In this document: piece by piece, positions 1-10,388 of the stretch | Numbering within the stretch: position 1 is the first letter of the stretch | How the letters are laid out: every line of letters begins with the position of its first letter | Origin: an uncultured Pseudomonadales bacterium | GTDB taxonomy: Bacteria > Patescibacteriota > Microgenomatia > UBA1400 > Chazhemtobacteraceae | Assembly: GCA_964618725.1 (NCBI GenBank) | Contig: CAZUBK010000003.1 | Location: 81,018-145,017 of the forward strand | Length of the DNA: 64,000 nucleotides | Reading direction: 5' to 3' | Translations under genes and position numbers: made by a program | The notes under the pieces: generated by a model | What the model was told of the DNA's origin: nothing | Seen by the model: only the letters and a program-made list of their open reading frames with translations | The model's database searches: none

Positions 1-351
1 ACTTTCCGGAGTTGCTGCTGGAGGCACCGGTGACGCTGGTGGCGCTGTCGGTCCCGGTCTCGGCCCAAATGGCGTCGCCCATCTTCCACCCGCTATCCCT
101 CCATCCATCCATCCTGGCTGTGACCGTCTGCTCTCCCAGTGATTTCTCAACCACTCTTCTTCATCTAAGACTCTGGCCGTCATTTCCTCTTCTGCCCATT
201 CTGCCGCCGTCGCTCGACTCTTGATATATGCTGGCAAGATTATTCCCGCTCCCACCAATCCTGCTATCTTAAGAAAATCCCGCCGACTTGGGGGCTTTTT
301 CTCCACTTCACTACTTCCTCCCTCAATCTCCTCCTTCTGTTCTATCGTCAT
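1..351 (-). CDS. N-terminal part of a hypothetical exported protein with a twin-arginine-like motif (runs off the window edge)
   Basis: Manual translation from ATG at 351: MTIEQKEEIEGGSSEVEKKPPSRRDFLKIAGLVGAGIILP..., then Pro/Ala-rich; open to base 1; not in the ORF track. Confidence 0.7.
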   Translation of the reverse strand, partial: MTIEQKEEIEGGSSEVEKKPPSRRDFLKIAGLVGAGIILPAYIKSRATAAEWAEEEMTARVLDEEEWLRNHWESRRSQPGWMDGGIAGGRWATPFGPRPGPTAPPASPVPPAATPES

Positions 352-498
352 CTTTTAAGGGTAGAAACATAGAACAATATTGCAACTATTTCTCCCTAAT
401 CTAGCCATTCCGTGCCTGTGACCAATTTGTTAAATTGTTAAAATTAAATTTCGGGCATTTTTTCATCCCTCCACCCAAGCAAGTTACAATAGCGTTGC

Positions 499-1767
499 AT
501 GACTCGTAAAACGTTTTTTCTTTTTTCCATCATCACCTCCTTCATTTTCTCCCTCTCTCTTCTCACCTACTCTTCTTTCCGTTCATCCAAACCTCTACTT
601 TCTCCCCTAAGTAGTCTTCTCGCCCCCGCCAACTCTCTCAACAATCCTCACTTGACTTCTCAAAAAGCCGTCTATGGTTTTCTCCCTTATTGGAATCTCA
701 AGGAGGTCAATAATCTCCATTACCCCCTAATCACTCACCTCGCTTATTTTGGTGTCGATTATGACACTAATGGTCGTATCCTTACTCGCCTTGAAGATAG
801 GACCGCCGAACCAGGCTTCCGCCGTCTCAATAGTGAATCCGTTAGTCACGTTCTTCGCCTCTCAAAGGCTTCGGGCAACAAAACCATCTTGGTTCTTCGT
901 GCTATGACCAACGAAATCATCGAAAACATCGTCAACGCCCCCGCCAAGCGTCAAACTGCCATTCAACAAACCCTTGACCTCGCCGTTTCCAAAAACTTCG
1001 ATGGTTTGAACATCGATTTTGAATACGTCGGCACCCCCTCGACTCAAACAAAAAATAATTTCTCCACCTTCGTCAAAGATCTAAGTATTAGCTGTAAACA
1101 AAAGATCAAAGGCTGTATTGTCTCCATCGATGTCTACGCAGACTCCGCCAGAGATAGCCTCTCAACTGGTAGATCTGATCGCATCTGGAATTACGCCAGT
1201 CTCAATCCATACCTTGATCACATCATCATCATGGCCTATGACTTCTTTCGACCATCTTCCACCCAGGCCGGCCCGGTTGCCCCTCTCCGCGGCTCCTGTA
1301 CCAAAAACAGTGCCAATCAGAGCAATTGTCTAGACTATGACATCTCTCAAAGTGTTACCGACTTCAGCCGCATTCTTCCCGCCAACAAAATCATTCTCGG
1401 CGTCCCTTTCTATGGATACCAATGGCAAACCGCTGGTAGCAGTTTCCTTGCCAATACATACGAAGATACTGGTCGACTTGCTAGTTACAAACGTATCCAA
1501 GAGATATTAAACAATCGCTCTAAAGTCCTAGGCATTCAATCATTGTGGGACAACCACACCCTGACTCCTAGAATAGTTCTAGAAAACAAAGGGATCACTG
1601 AACAGATCTACTACGACGACAACCGCTCATTGAGTCTTAAGTATGATCTTGTCAATCAATCCGGTCTTGGCGGTATTGCCATCTGGGCCCTAGGTTACGA
1701 AGGAGATGCCAAAAGTCCCTGGCAACTTATTCAGGCCAAGTTCTTCAATAGTACTCTTACCAAGTAA
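499..1767 (+). CDS. Glycoside hydrolase family 18 protein, N-terminally membrane anchored
   Basis: FDGLNIDFEY (DxxDxDxE-type) motif, MAYDF, LGVPFYG, GGIAIWALGYE; N-terminal hydrophobic helix. Confidence 0.9.
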   Translation: MTRKTFFLFSIITSFIFSLSLLTYSSFRSSKPLLSPLSSLLAPANSLNNPHLTSQKAVYGFLPYWNLKEVNNLHYPLITHLAYFGVDYDTNGRILTRLEDRTAEPGFRRLNSESVSHVLRLSKASGNKTILVLRAMTNEIIENIVNAPAKRQTAIQQTLDLAVSKNFDGLNIDFEYVGTPSTQTKNNFSTFVKDLSISCKQKIKGCIVSIDVYADSARDSLSTGRSDRIWNYASLNPYLDHIIIMAYDFFRPSSTQAGPVAPLRGSCTKNSANQSNCLDYDISQSVTDFSRILPANKIILGVPFYGYQWQTAGSSFLANTYEDTGRLASYKRIQEILNNRSKVLGIQSLWDNHTLTPRIVLENKGITEQIYYDDNRSLSLKYDLVNQSGLGGIAIWALGYEGDAKSPWQLIQAKFFNSTLTK

Positions 1768-1794
1768 GTCAACCACTGTTAAAATTGACCTAAG

Positions 1795-4212
1795 ATGACG
1801 GCCAATGGACAGAGGCTTAAAAATTCCAGTTTAGTGGGTATTTCAACCCACAAAAAAACTTTTCAGAGCTTCATCCTGCATCTCCTAAAAAACACTTATT
1901 ATACAAAATCGCGCTCCACCAACAATAAGAAGACAAACAGAGTAATATCATTTGTCATTTCAATCGGCCGTCCCCTTTACCTTCTTGTCTTTAGTTCTCT
2001 CTTTATCATCACCTTTTTTTCCTCTTTTCTTTCTCGTCTCACCGAATATAAAATAATTCTTCCTCGTCCTCACTTCAGATTTAAGATTCCTCTACACTTC
2101 GGCTTTTTGATCTCTCTTCTTTGCCTCTTCTATCTTGGTTTTACCTTTTACTCTATTTTCCTTAAAGACCTACCTTCACCCAAAGTCCTCAAGGACCGAC
2201 AACCCAAACTTACCACCCAGATCTACGATCGTCATGGCAGTCTTCTGTATGAGCTCTATCAAGACGAAAATCGTACTCTCGTTAATCTAAATGACGTCCC
2301 TATTTTTGTTCGCCAAGCTACAATTGCCATCGAAGACAAAAGCTTTTACCAGCATCAAGGTCTCTCACTCTCCGGTATTGCCAGGGCCTTTAAACGCAAT
2401 CTCACCACCAAACATCTGGAAGGAGGTTCCACTATTACCCAACAACTTATAAAAAACACCCTTCTCACCAAAGAAAGAACCCTCATTAGAAAGGTCAAAG
2501 AGATCATCCTCGCCATCCACACCGAGCTGATCTTTGACAAAGATACCATTCTCTCTATGTATCTTAATCAAGTCCCTTACGGCGGCACTGCCTATGGCAT
2601 CCAAGCCGCCAGCCAGCAGTATTTCGGCAAAGACGTTCAGGATCTTACTCTTGCAGAAGCTGCTCTTCTTGCTGGTCTTCCCCAAGCTCCTACCCGATAT
2701 TCTCCCTATGGCATTAATCCACAACTCGCAATACAACGCCAACGCCAAGTCCTCGATCGCATGCTAGAGGACGGCTACATTTCAACATCAGAATACTCGA
2801 ATGCCCTTAACGAAACTCTCTCTTTCTCCCCTCCAGCAACCAATATCCTCGCTCCCCACTTCATCATGTATGTCAAGGATCTTCTTGTGAGACAGTTTGG
2901 TGAAACTCTTGTCAGTCAAGGGGGCCTTAAAGTCTATACCACGCTCGATCTCGATCTCCAAAAACAAGTTCAGACCATTGTTACAAACGAGGTCGACAAA
3001 CTTACCAATCTTCAAGTCAGCAACGGTGCCGCCCTGGTCCTCACCCCCAAAACTGGCGAAATCTTAAGTATGGTTGGTTCTCGTGACTATTTTGATCTCA
3101 AAAATGATGGCCAAGTCAATCTCACTCTTAGTCTTCGCCAACCCGGCTCCTCCGTCAAACCAATAAATTACGCTCTCGCCTTTGAAAAAGGTGTTTCCCC
3201 TTCTACTTTCATTAGTGATACTCCGATTACTTTCCATCTCGCCGGTTCTGATTCCTGGTCGCCCCAAAACTACGATGGCCGCTTCCACGGCAACGTCTCA
3301 CTACGAAACGCCCTGGCTAACTCCTACAATGTCCCTGCCGTCAAACTTCTCGCCAGCAATGGTATTTCTCAAATGGCCCAGCTGGGGACCAATCTCGGCT
3401 TGACCACCTGGAATGATCCGTCTCGTTTCGGTCTCTCTTTAACCCTTGGCGCCGTCGAAGTCAAAATGATCGATCTGGCCAAAGTCTATGCCTCTTTTGC
3501 CAATCTCGGCCTTACTACTACCCTTAGTCCTATTCTGTCTATCACCGACTATCAAGACAACTTACTTGCCTTTGATCCTTGTTTCACTCCTAGTGAAACA
3601 GGTGGAACAATTACCAAAGCCGCCGCCTCTACCTCTTGCCTACCTTATCGTGCCCTCTCTCCCCAAACTGCCTACATCATCAACGATATCCTCTCTGACC
3701 CCATCGCCCGCTCCAGCGCCTTTGGTCGTAACTCGATTCTCAATATTCCCCCTCATCAAGTCGCCGTTAAAACCGGTACGAGTAATAATCTTCGCGATAA
3801 CTGGACCTTTGGCTATACCAGCGACTTCGTTGTCGCCACCTGGGTAGGAAACAACGACAACTCCCCCATGCATCAAGTCGCCTCGGGTATTACTGGCGCC
3901 TCTCCAATCTGGGCAAAAATCATGGGCACCCTTCTCCGAAATACCACCTCTCACACTTTCCCCCTTCCCGATTCGCTTGTCAAAATCAACATCTGTACTC
4001 TTACCAATACCCTCCCTTGTACTACCTGTCCATCTGTCCGCCCCGAAGTCTTTCCCAAAGGTCAAGAACCAAAAATCCATTGCACTGATGATCAAATTAA
4101 GAAAATCATCGAAGAAAAACTCAAACAAGAGATTGAAAAAGGCTCGACTCTCACTCAGCAAACGATTACCCCCAACCCACAGATTCTGGATGGTGCAACT
4201 ACGAGTAGGTAG
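1795..4212 (+). CDS. Class A penicillin-binding protein (transglycosylase/transpeptidase)
   Basis: IEDKSFYQHQG, GGSTITQQLIKN, RKVKE; RQPGSSVKP (SxxK), SYN, KTGT. Confidence 0.95.
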   Translation: MTANGQRLKNSSLVGISTHKKTFQSFILHLLKNTYYTKSRSTNNKKTNRVISFVISIGRPLYLLVFSSLFIITFFSSFLSRLTEYKIILPRPHFRFKIPLHFGFLISLLCLFYLGFTFYSIFLKDLPSPKVLKDRQPKLTTQIYDRHGSLLYELYQDENRTLVNLNDVPIFVRQATIAIEDKSFYQHQGLSLSGIARAFKRNLTTKHLEGGSTITQQLIKNTLLTKERTLIRKVKEIILAIHTELIFDKDTILSMYLNQVPYGGTAYGIQAASQQYFGKDVQDLTLAEAALLAGLPQAPTRYSPYGINPQLAIQRQRQVLDRMLEDGYISTSEYSNALNETLSFSPPATNILAPHFIMYVKDLLVRQFGETLVSQGGLKVYTTLDLDLQKQVQTIVTNEVDKLTNLQVSNGAALVLTPKTGEILSMVGSRDYFDLKNDGQVNLTLSLRQPGSSVKPINYALAFEKGVSPSTFISDTPITFHLAGSDSWSPQNYDGRFHGNVSLRNALANSYNVPAVKLLASNGISQMAQLGTNLGLTTWNDPSRFGLSLTLGAVEVKMIDLAKVYASFANLGLTTTLSPILSITDYQDNLLAFDPCFTPSETGGTITKAAASTSCLPYRALSPQTAYIINDILSDPIARSSAFGRNSILNIPPHQVAVKTGTSNNLRDNWTFGYTSDFVVATWVGNNDNSPMHQVASGITGASPIWAKIMGTLLRNTTSHTFPLPDSLVKINICTLTNTLPCTTCPSVRPEVFPKGQEPKIHCTDDQIKKIIEEKLKQEIEKGSTLTQQTITPNPQILDGATTSR

Positions 4213-4215
4213 GAT

Positions 4216-7200
4216 CTAGTCAATATAGACCGGGTAGCCCATCCTTGACAATTTCTCTTTTACTTCCCATTCATCCACGACTTGCCTACCTACCCCCAAA
4301 ATATCTGCTTGATACAGTAACAACAGTCCCAAAAATAGCTGTTCATCCGTAAATGCATCTTCCAATTGCTTTATCTTCTTTTTTGCCTGACTACCTACTC
4401 TTACTCCTTCACCTTCAATCACCACATTCTTCAGTATTTCCCCAAACAACTCGTCATACTTAATCAACAAAAGTACTCGTCTTCTATCCTCGAGATTAAG
4501 ATCTTCAACTCGATCAAGGACCCGCGCTGCCTCTTGTACATTAGCCAGCTCCTGTAATCCAAGACCCTTTCCAACATCATGAAGCTTCCCGGCAGCCAAG
4601 ACAATCCTTGCAGTATCCTCATCAATTCCCATCTTTTCTACCATTGTCTCAATATGCCCAACTACAATATCCATATGCTCTGCCAACGTCTGAATGCCAC
4701 TTGAGTTCATTGTCTGCCTTACTCGATCATCAAAAGGCTTATCTGTTTGTATGAGTTCTTCTAAATTTGCAATCGTTTTGAAATTCCTATATGCCTCTTT
4801 ATATTCTTCAGGTGTGACCAACAACTCACTATCAACCGACAACACTGGTACATATATCCCTGCTGTCACCATTGATTCTTTATATTCCGATACCAAAGCC
4901 AAAAACTCTGCTTCCTCTTTGAATCCTGTCTTGTCAATCACAATGATCCGAAGACCTATCGAAGCTACACCTCCAAATACTAATTTATGCCCAAGATGGC
5001 GAGAGTCACCCCCTACATCAATCGCCCGTTCTCCCACCTCTTTACCGTATACCAGCATCGCCCCCGAAAAAGTCTTGTATCTGCCATTTGAATTAAATAC
5101 ACTGGCCACTCCCAGATCACCCCATCGTTCATCCAGTAGCTGTAAATCACAGTAGCCCGGGTAATTGTCTGATCGTGCATTAATTGTCCCCAGGCACTCT
5201 CCCGCCAGGTTTGCTGTTTTGATTACTGCCGGCACCACCCCATATCCAGTTGTATGAATTAAGACACCTTTTTCTAAATTGTAGTCAGCCCCTTCACGCC
5301 TCAGGGCTTCCGCTATCTCCATATTTCTCCGGGAAGCAGCCTCTTTCATTTTTCTATCTACCTTCCACACTCTTTCCAAGGCTTGCTCCATCTCTAGTTT
5401 TACTCTCTCCGCCAAGTCCTCTGTTAATTCCCTTCTCTCCCCCTCCCAAAAAATCTTATTTTCTTTCTTCAACACCTGATTCAACGCCATATCAGTTAGT
5501 CTTTCCCACTCGGGCTTGCTCCCACTTAGATATGAAGCATTTCGAACAATCATTTCAATCGTCACTTGCAAATCATCTGTCTGCAAAATTTCAAGTAGGT
5601 TCACCTCCGAAGATACCAGACTATCTCTTAATGCCGCAAAGAAGGGTTCTCTAAAACGTCCAAGTAGTAGCAACTTATTTCCAAGAACACCGGTCTGTAA
5701 TAGACCATCTACTGTTATCTCTAACCGACTTCCTCCCCTCTTTTTGTTTACAAACTCACTCGTCTCAATTATTAATTTTACTGTTTGTTCAGTTGTCATA
5801 CCTGTTCTCATCGAATTCCATCTAATCAATAAGTATCGCTTCGCCCACTTTTCTGCCACAAACCGCTCCTCATCACTCATTTTCTTTCCTTCGAATAGTT
5901 TGTTTATTGCCACCTCCGTTTCCCTTTTCTTATCTCCGATCAACCTTTGCAAGTCAATCATCATTCGATCTGGATTGCTTTCAATTTTTCTCCATAATAG
6001 CTCTAGTTCCTCTATCTCATTGTCCTTCAATTCTTCTCCTAGAAATAACCCCCTGTATTCAAAAATTGTCCCTCTAACTATTCCCGGAACCAACTTATCT
6101 GCCGCTACAAAAAAATCTAACCTTTCCAAGACCCGCCGGTCATCCATCAGGTTCTCTCCATTCGCCGCCATTTTTCTGAACTCATCAGAACCGACTCTGC
6201 GCCATATTTCAATCACCACCCGCAATCGCTCTACATTATAAAGATAATCACCCAGATTAAATCTCATCAAAGTCTGAAACTCGTCATAACTCTGAAATGC
6301 CCCCAAATGTTCATCTTTTTCTCTTATTTCCTTAAACAACTTTACCTTCTCTCTGTTCCCTCCTAAGTCCAGCTCAAATAAACAAGTTAACAAGACGTCA
6401 CCATTCGCCGCCATAACTATACTCAGCTGATTCTCTGGATTAATCATTCGGGCAAACTCCTTCAGACCCATTTCCCCGTCTTCAAATAGACTAACTTCAT
6501 TCACTAGATTATGTGAAACAACCATTTCTACCAACCGATTTGCCATCTCTACATCTCCCAACATTCCAATTCCCCTGGCAAGATTTCTAATCTCACCTAA
6601 ATAGTAGCCATTTTCCACTACCTCTTTGCCTGTTTCCAAATTATGACCCAACCTCTGAAGTTCTCTCCCAAACAAACCAATCAAAACTTCCCTTCGCTCT
6701 GTATCTAATCCCAAGTCAAACAACCGACTTGCCATGGATACCGAATAGTACCCCGGTTCAAGTCGCAAAACGCTATTAAGCAAAATAGCTTTCTCTACCT
6801 TATTCATTGCCTCAATGTCTAGATTTTCCAGTATCTCAAGCTGACCATCTCCAGTGACCCACGACATTACCACCTCTGCCGCTAATACCTGCAAACTCTC
6901 CTCCCTAATCCATTCATGTTTCTTACCCAAGTCATCTAAATATTTATCCAGGTCTCCTGCCAAGTCATATCCCATTCCCAGTTCGGAACCATATTGCTCA
7001 ACATACTTGTCTCTCCCCTCACTCACTATTTCTTCTATATCATCCGCCAATCTGGTACCCACCATTTCTCTTGTCATCTCAAAAGTGACCCTCTCCATTA
7101 CTTCACCCAACCTCAGTACCTTACTGTATTTGTAATGCAACAGCTTCACAGTCCTTTCCTCAATTGTTAGCCCCTCTAACTCTTGATCAAGTTTCCTCTG

Positions 7201-8211
7201 TAACAAAACCACTACCACATCTTGATTTCGACCCAGGAATTCTAGTAAGTGTTGTTTTCCTTCCAGACCACTCACCAATTCATCTAACGAAGTACCATCT
7301 ATATTTTGATACAGTATTTCCTTTATCACCTCCTCTTTGTTATCCATCATTGCCAGAAGCTTAAGTCCTCCAATTCCACCTCCGGCCAACAATGGTAATA
7401 CATCTTCCTGTTCAAGGATTCCTCGTTCAATTCCTTGGTACACCTCATCTGGCTCTACCTTAACCATTATCAACAACCATTCCTTTCCCACTTTTCCCTG
7501 ATCAATCAAGTCCATCACCCTTCCTGGATTAACTTTGATCAAAGCTGCTACCGCCGCTTGCTTCACTTGACTATTTTCTAACCAATCCTCCAAGTTCTCA
7601 GTTAATTTTTCTTTGATTTCCTCTATCTCAACTTCTCTACCCCCAAATTCCTTGTTTATCCATTTCGCTCTTGGTTGCCATTCCACATTTTCTCGAGTTT
7701 GTAGCTCCTCCACCACTAACCTCAACCGCATGTTCATAGCATTCAAAAACCGTTTCTGTTCCCACTCACTCATTTTTTCATAACTCGACGAGAATGCCTC
7801 TTGGGAATTATCGGCTCTCATTATCCCACGTGCCCTATCCCGCTGTTCATATTGATATTGATAGTTATCTTGTTTGTAATAGGGAACTCTTTCTTTTATC
7901 AGTCTCTCTATGTCACCACCACCACTTCTAAATATCGCCATCATTCTGACCGTTTCTTCTATTTTTGGATCATTCGGATCAACTTCAACCTTCTGTATTA
8001 GCAGCCTTGCTTCCTGACGTGTAATTCCTCCCATCCCAGATGTAGCAAATATCTCCTCATATCGACCCTGCTCAATCAACTCCTCCACACCGTCTCTCAC
8101 TCCTTCCCTATGCTGCGCACTAAATCTCAACTCTTCCCAATCCATTATCAATTCTTCCAATTCCCTTCCCTCTATTTCGATATGTGTCACACCCACCATT
8201 TCATCTGCCAT
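4216..8211 (-). CDS. Large acidic hypothetical protein with C-terminal HD-like domain
   Basis: 1331-aa ORF; C-terminal TLAEHM...LHDVGK...YDE...ADILG pattern typical of HD hydrolases; the rest is unrecognised. Confidence 0.7.
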   Translation of the reverse strand: MADEMVGVTHIEIEGRELEELIMDWEELRFSAQHREGVRDGVEELIEQGRYEEIFATSGMGGITRQEARLLIQKVEVDPNDPKIEETVRMMAIFRSGGGDIERLIKERVPYYKQDNYQYQYEQRDRARGIMRADNSQEAFSSSYEKMSEWEQKRFLNAMNMRLRLVVEELQTRENVEWQPRAKWINKEFGGREVEIEEIKEKLTENLEDWLENSQVKQAAVAALIKVNPGRVMDLIDQGKVGKEWLLIMVKVEPDEVYQGIERGILEQEDVLPLLAGGGIGGLKLLAMMDNKEEVIKEILYQNIDGTSLDELVSGLEGKQHLLEFLGRNQDVVVVLLQRKLDQELEGLTIEERTVKLLHYKYSKVLRLGEVMERVTFEMTREMVGTRLADDIEEIVSEGRDKYVEQYGSELGMGYDLAGDLDKYLDDLGKKHEWIREESLQVLAAEVVMSWVTGDGQLEILENLDIEAMNKVEKAILLNSVLRLEPGYYSVSMASRLFDLGLDTERREVLIGLFGRELQRLGHNLETGKEVVENGYYLGEIRNLARGIGMLGDVEMANRLVEMVVSHNLVNEVSLFEDGEMGLKEFARMINPENQLSIVMAANGDVLLTCLFELDLGGNREKVKLFKEIREKDEHLGAFQSYDEFQTLMRFNLGDYLYNVERLRVVIEIWRRVGSDEFRKMAANGENLMDDRRVLERLDFFVAADKLVPGIVRGTIFEYRGLFLGEELKDNEIEELELLWRKIESNPDRMMIDLQRLIGDKKRETEVAINKLFEGKKMSDEERFVAEKWAKRYLLIRWNSMRTGMTTEQTVKLIIETSEFVNKKRGGSRLEITVDGLLQTGVLGNKLLLLGRFREPFFAALRDSLVSSEVNLLEILQTDDLQVTIEMIVRNASYLSGSKPEWERLTDMALNQVLKKENKIFWEGERRELTEDLAERVKLEMEQALERVWKVDRKMKEAASRRNMEIAEALRREGADYNLEKGVLIHTTGYGVVPAVIKTANLAGECLGTINARSDNYPGYCDLQLLDERWGDLGVASVFNSNGRYKTFSGAMLVYGKEVGERAIDVGGDSRHLGHKLVFGGVASIGLRIIVIDKTGFKEEAEFLALVSEYKESMVTAGIYVPVLSVDSELLVTPEEYKEAYRNFKTIANLEELIQTDKPFDDRVRQTMNSSGIQTLAEHMDIVVGHIETMVEKMGIDEDTARIVLAAGKLHDVGKGLGLQELANVQEAARVLDRVEDLNLEDRRRVLLLIKYDELFGEILKNVVIEGEGVRVGSQAKKKIKQLEDAFTDEQLFLGLLLLYQADILGVGRQVVDEWEVKEKLSRMGYPVYID

Positions 8212-8214
8212 GTT

Positions 8215-8490
8215 TTATTTTTCATATTCATATTCTGCCGGTCCAAACAAAGAGCTTCCTCCTTTACTTGAATTAACTTTATTTTCTTCCCGCGGTACAC
8301 CTATCCCGTTCTTCATCGAAAAAACAAGGCTCACAATCACACTCACTATCAAAATCAACACTACCCATACTTTACTTCTCGATTCTTTCTCTCTTATTTC
8401 CTTTTTCCCTATCCCCCTTTCTCCCTCTATTCCCTCCCCACCGAATTTTAACCTTCTTTCTTCTATCGTTTTTTCTCCATTTCTCTCCAT
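8215..8490 (-). CDS. Small single-pass membrane protein
   Basis: 91 aa, one hydrophobic helix (VWVVLILIVSVIVSLVF), tightly packed between neighbours on the same strand. Confidence 0.6.
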   Translation of the reverse strand: MERNGEKTIEERRLKFGGEGIEGERGIGKKEIREKESRSKVWVVLILIVSVIVSLVFSMKNGIGVPREENKVNSSKGGSSLFGPAEYEYEK

Positions 8491-8499
8491 AAACCCATT

Positions 8500-9486
8500 T
8501 TACCATCGCTCTTCCACCACCTCTACTTTTCTCTTTAACCACCTCTCCATTCCTGCCCACCTTAACAGTCCCTTCTTCGCTCCTAGCTTTGTCACCACAC
8601 TGGCGCCAGATACTACCCCCATCTTTAGTGCCGTTTCTATTTCCTCACCTCTCATCAATCCTGCCACCAACCCCGCCACAAATCCATCCCCCGCCCCCGT
8701 ATCATCAACTGACTCCACCTTCACCGCACTACATCTAAGCAATCTACCCTGCTCTATCCACATCACTCCTCTCCGCCCATCCGTCACTACCGCCTGTTTT
8801 ATTCCTAAACCCATCAATCCCTTCGCTATCTCCTCCTCCTCTTCATATTCATGAGAAAGTAATATCGCCGCTTCCATCCTATTCACAATCAATACCTCAA
8901 TCTTAGATAGTAGTCCCTTGATTCTCTCCCTCTCTATCAACTCACCTTTACCCGGATTCCAACTCAATTTGATTTTTTTCTTATTAGCAAAATTAATCAC
9001 ATCCTCTACTAAACTTAAGTTTCCCCCCATCCCTGAAAGATGAATCCAGTTAGCCACACCTACCTTTTCCCAATCAATTCTTCCCGACTCAATTTCCTTA
9101 CTTACCCCTCGATATGTCAAGATCGATCTCCCTCCATCCGCTGCTACTAAAACTACCGATGTCCCCGTCCTTCTCCTCTCCTCGACTTGCACTTGACTGC
9201 TTTCCACTTTCTCTAGCGATAACTCATTCATGATTTGTCTCCCAAATAGATCATCACCCACTTTACACACAGATGCAGAAACGATCCTAAGCCTACTCAA
9301 ACCAACCGAGACATTAGTCCCCGCTCCGCCTGTAGCGATCTCCATCTCATCCACTCCCATCTTCCCTCCATATACCTCACACATCGCCACTCCACCCTGG
9401 ACCTGATGACTCTTAAGCACTCTAAAGTCCTTGCTTTTCATCAATATATCTATCACTGCCGAACCAAAACAAACAACTCTCTGCAT
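8500..9486 (-). CDS. PfkB/ribokinase-family carbohydrate kinase
   Basis: GGAGTN, VGDDLFG, VNRME, DDTGAGDGF signature. Confidence 0.92.
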   Translation of the reverse strand: MQRVVCFGSAVIDILMKSKDFRVLKSHQVQGGVAMCEVYGGKMGVDEMEIATGGAGTNVSVGLSRLRIVSASVCKVGDDLFGRQIMNELSLEKVESSQVQVEERRRTGTSVVLVAADGGRSILTYRGVSKEIESGRIDWEKVGVANWIHLSGMGGNLSLVEDVINFANKKKIKLSWNPGKGELIERERIKGLLSKIEVLIVNRMEAAILLSHEYEEEEEIAKGLMGLGIKQAVVTDGRRGVMWIEQGRLLRCSAVKVESVDDTGAGDGFVAGLVAGLMRGEEIETALKMGVVSGASVVTKLGAKKGLLRWAGMERWLKRKVEVVEERW

Positions 9487-9512
9487 TCCTCCATCTTAAC
9501 CCATACAACTTC

Positions 9513-10268
9513 CTAAGAAAAACCAAACACTATCTCTCCCAACTTCTTCGCTATTTCAAGCGGCTCCTTTGCTTGCCAGATATTCCTCCCTATGGCGATC
9601 CCTCTCGCCCCCGCTGCCACTATCTCCTCAACGTCTTTTTTTAGGCTTTCCCAATCCGTCCTTGCCCCCCCTTGCGCCAGCACCCCCGTCTTCCCCGCCG
9701 ACTTCACTACCCACTCGAAGCTCTCTTTATCTCCCGTATAGTAAGTCTTTACATAATCTGCATTCAGCTCCATCCCTAGCCTCGCCGCATATGCCACTGT
9801 CTCCCTATCTTTCTCTTTCCCCTCTACCTTCTTACCCCTCGGATACATCCAGGCGATCACCACTAATCCGGCCCTGTGAGCTTCATCTTCGATCAACGAA
9901 AACTCCTGCATCATCTTCGCCTCATGTTCACTTCCTACATAAATTGTGTAACCTACTCCCTTCGCCCCCAACTTTATCGCCTTTTGCACTGTACATAATT
10001 GCGGACTATATGGCTCTTCTCCACTTCGATATGCCGTTCTCCCATTCAGTTTCACTATCAATGGCACTTTATGCTCGGAAACATCATAATACTTAGCCGC
10101 CACTCCCTCCTGAAAAATTACTCCCGTAAAAGGTCCCTCCTCTGCCAACTTTACAATAAAGGCAGGATCAACATTTCTCTCATCAAACTCTACCGGTCCG
10201 TGCTCGAATCCTTGATCGTAAGCCAAAAGAAAAACCTTCCCCTCTCTTTCTATAACTAAATTTTCCAT
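9513..10268 (-). CDS. Class I fructose-bisphosphate aldolase (DhnA/FbaB type)
   Basis: AYDQGFEHGP, WMYPRG, ADYVKTYY (Schiff-base Lys), GIAIGRNIWQ. Confidence 0.92.
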   Translation of the reverse strand: MENLVIEREGKVFLLAYDQGFEHGPVEFDERNVDPAFIVKLAEEGPFTGVIFQEGVAAKYYDVSEHKVPLIVKLNGRTAYRSGEEPYSPQLCTVQKAIKLGAKGVGYTIYVGSEHEAKMMQEFSLIEDEAHRAGLVVIAWMYPRGKKVEGKEKDRETVAYAARLGMELNADYVKTYYTGDKESFEWVVKSAGKTGVLAQGGARTDWESLKKDVEEIVAAGARGIAIGRNIWQAKEPLEIAKKLGEIVFGFS

Positions 10269-10325
10269 GACTCTACTCTATACCCAAATAACCTCAATTT
10301 ATACACTCATCTGCAAACATTCTTC

Positions 10326-10380
10326 TTGACTAACTCATAGCATCAATGTTAAAATATATAAGACTTTACAAACAGGAGGA
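10326..10380 (+). promoter_or_regulatory. Sigma70-type promoter and RBS of the 10389 gene
   Basis: TTGACT-18 nt-TAAAAT with extended TG; GGAGGA 8 nt before ATG. Confidence 0.6.
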
Positions 10381-10388
10381 AATGGTCA

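Noticed and set aside
12-224. 70-aa + strand ORF
   Set aside because: Shadow of the more convincing minus-strand RR-motif gene
1148-1170. Possible small hairpin insertion in the GH18 gene (RDSLSTG)
   Set aside because: Weak stem and no similarity to the CCCCGTGCGAAG repeats; cannot be supported without an ortholog alignment
4366-9999. Many Ser/Pro-rich + strand ORFs (e.g. 5516-6241, 8210-8854) and similar ones across the window
   Set aside because: Antisense shadows of real minus-strand genes; the C/T-rich strand has few stop codons
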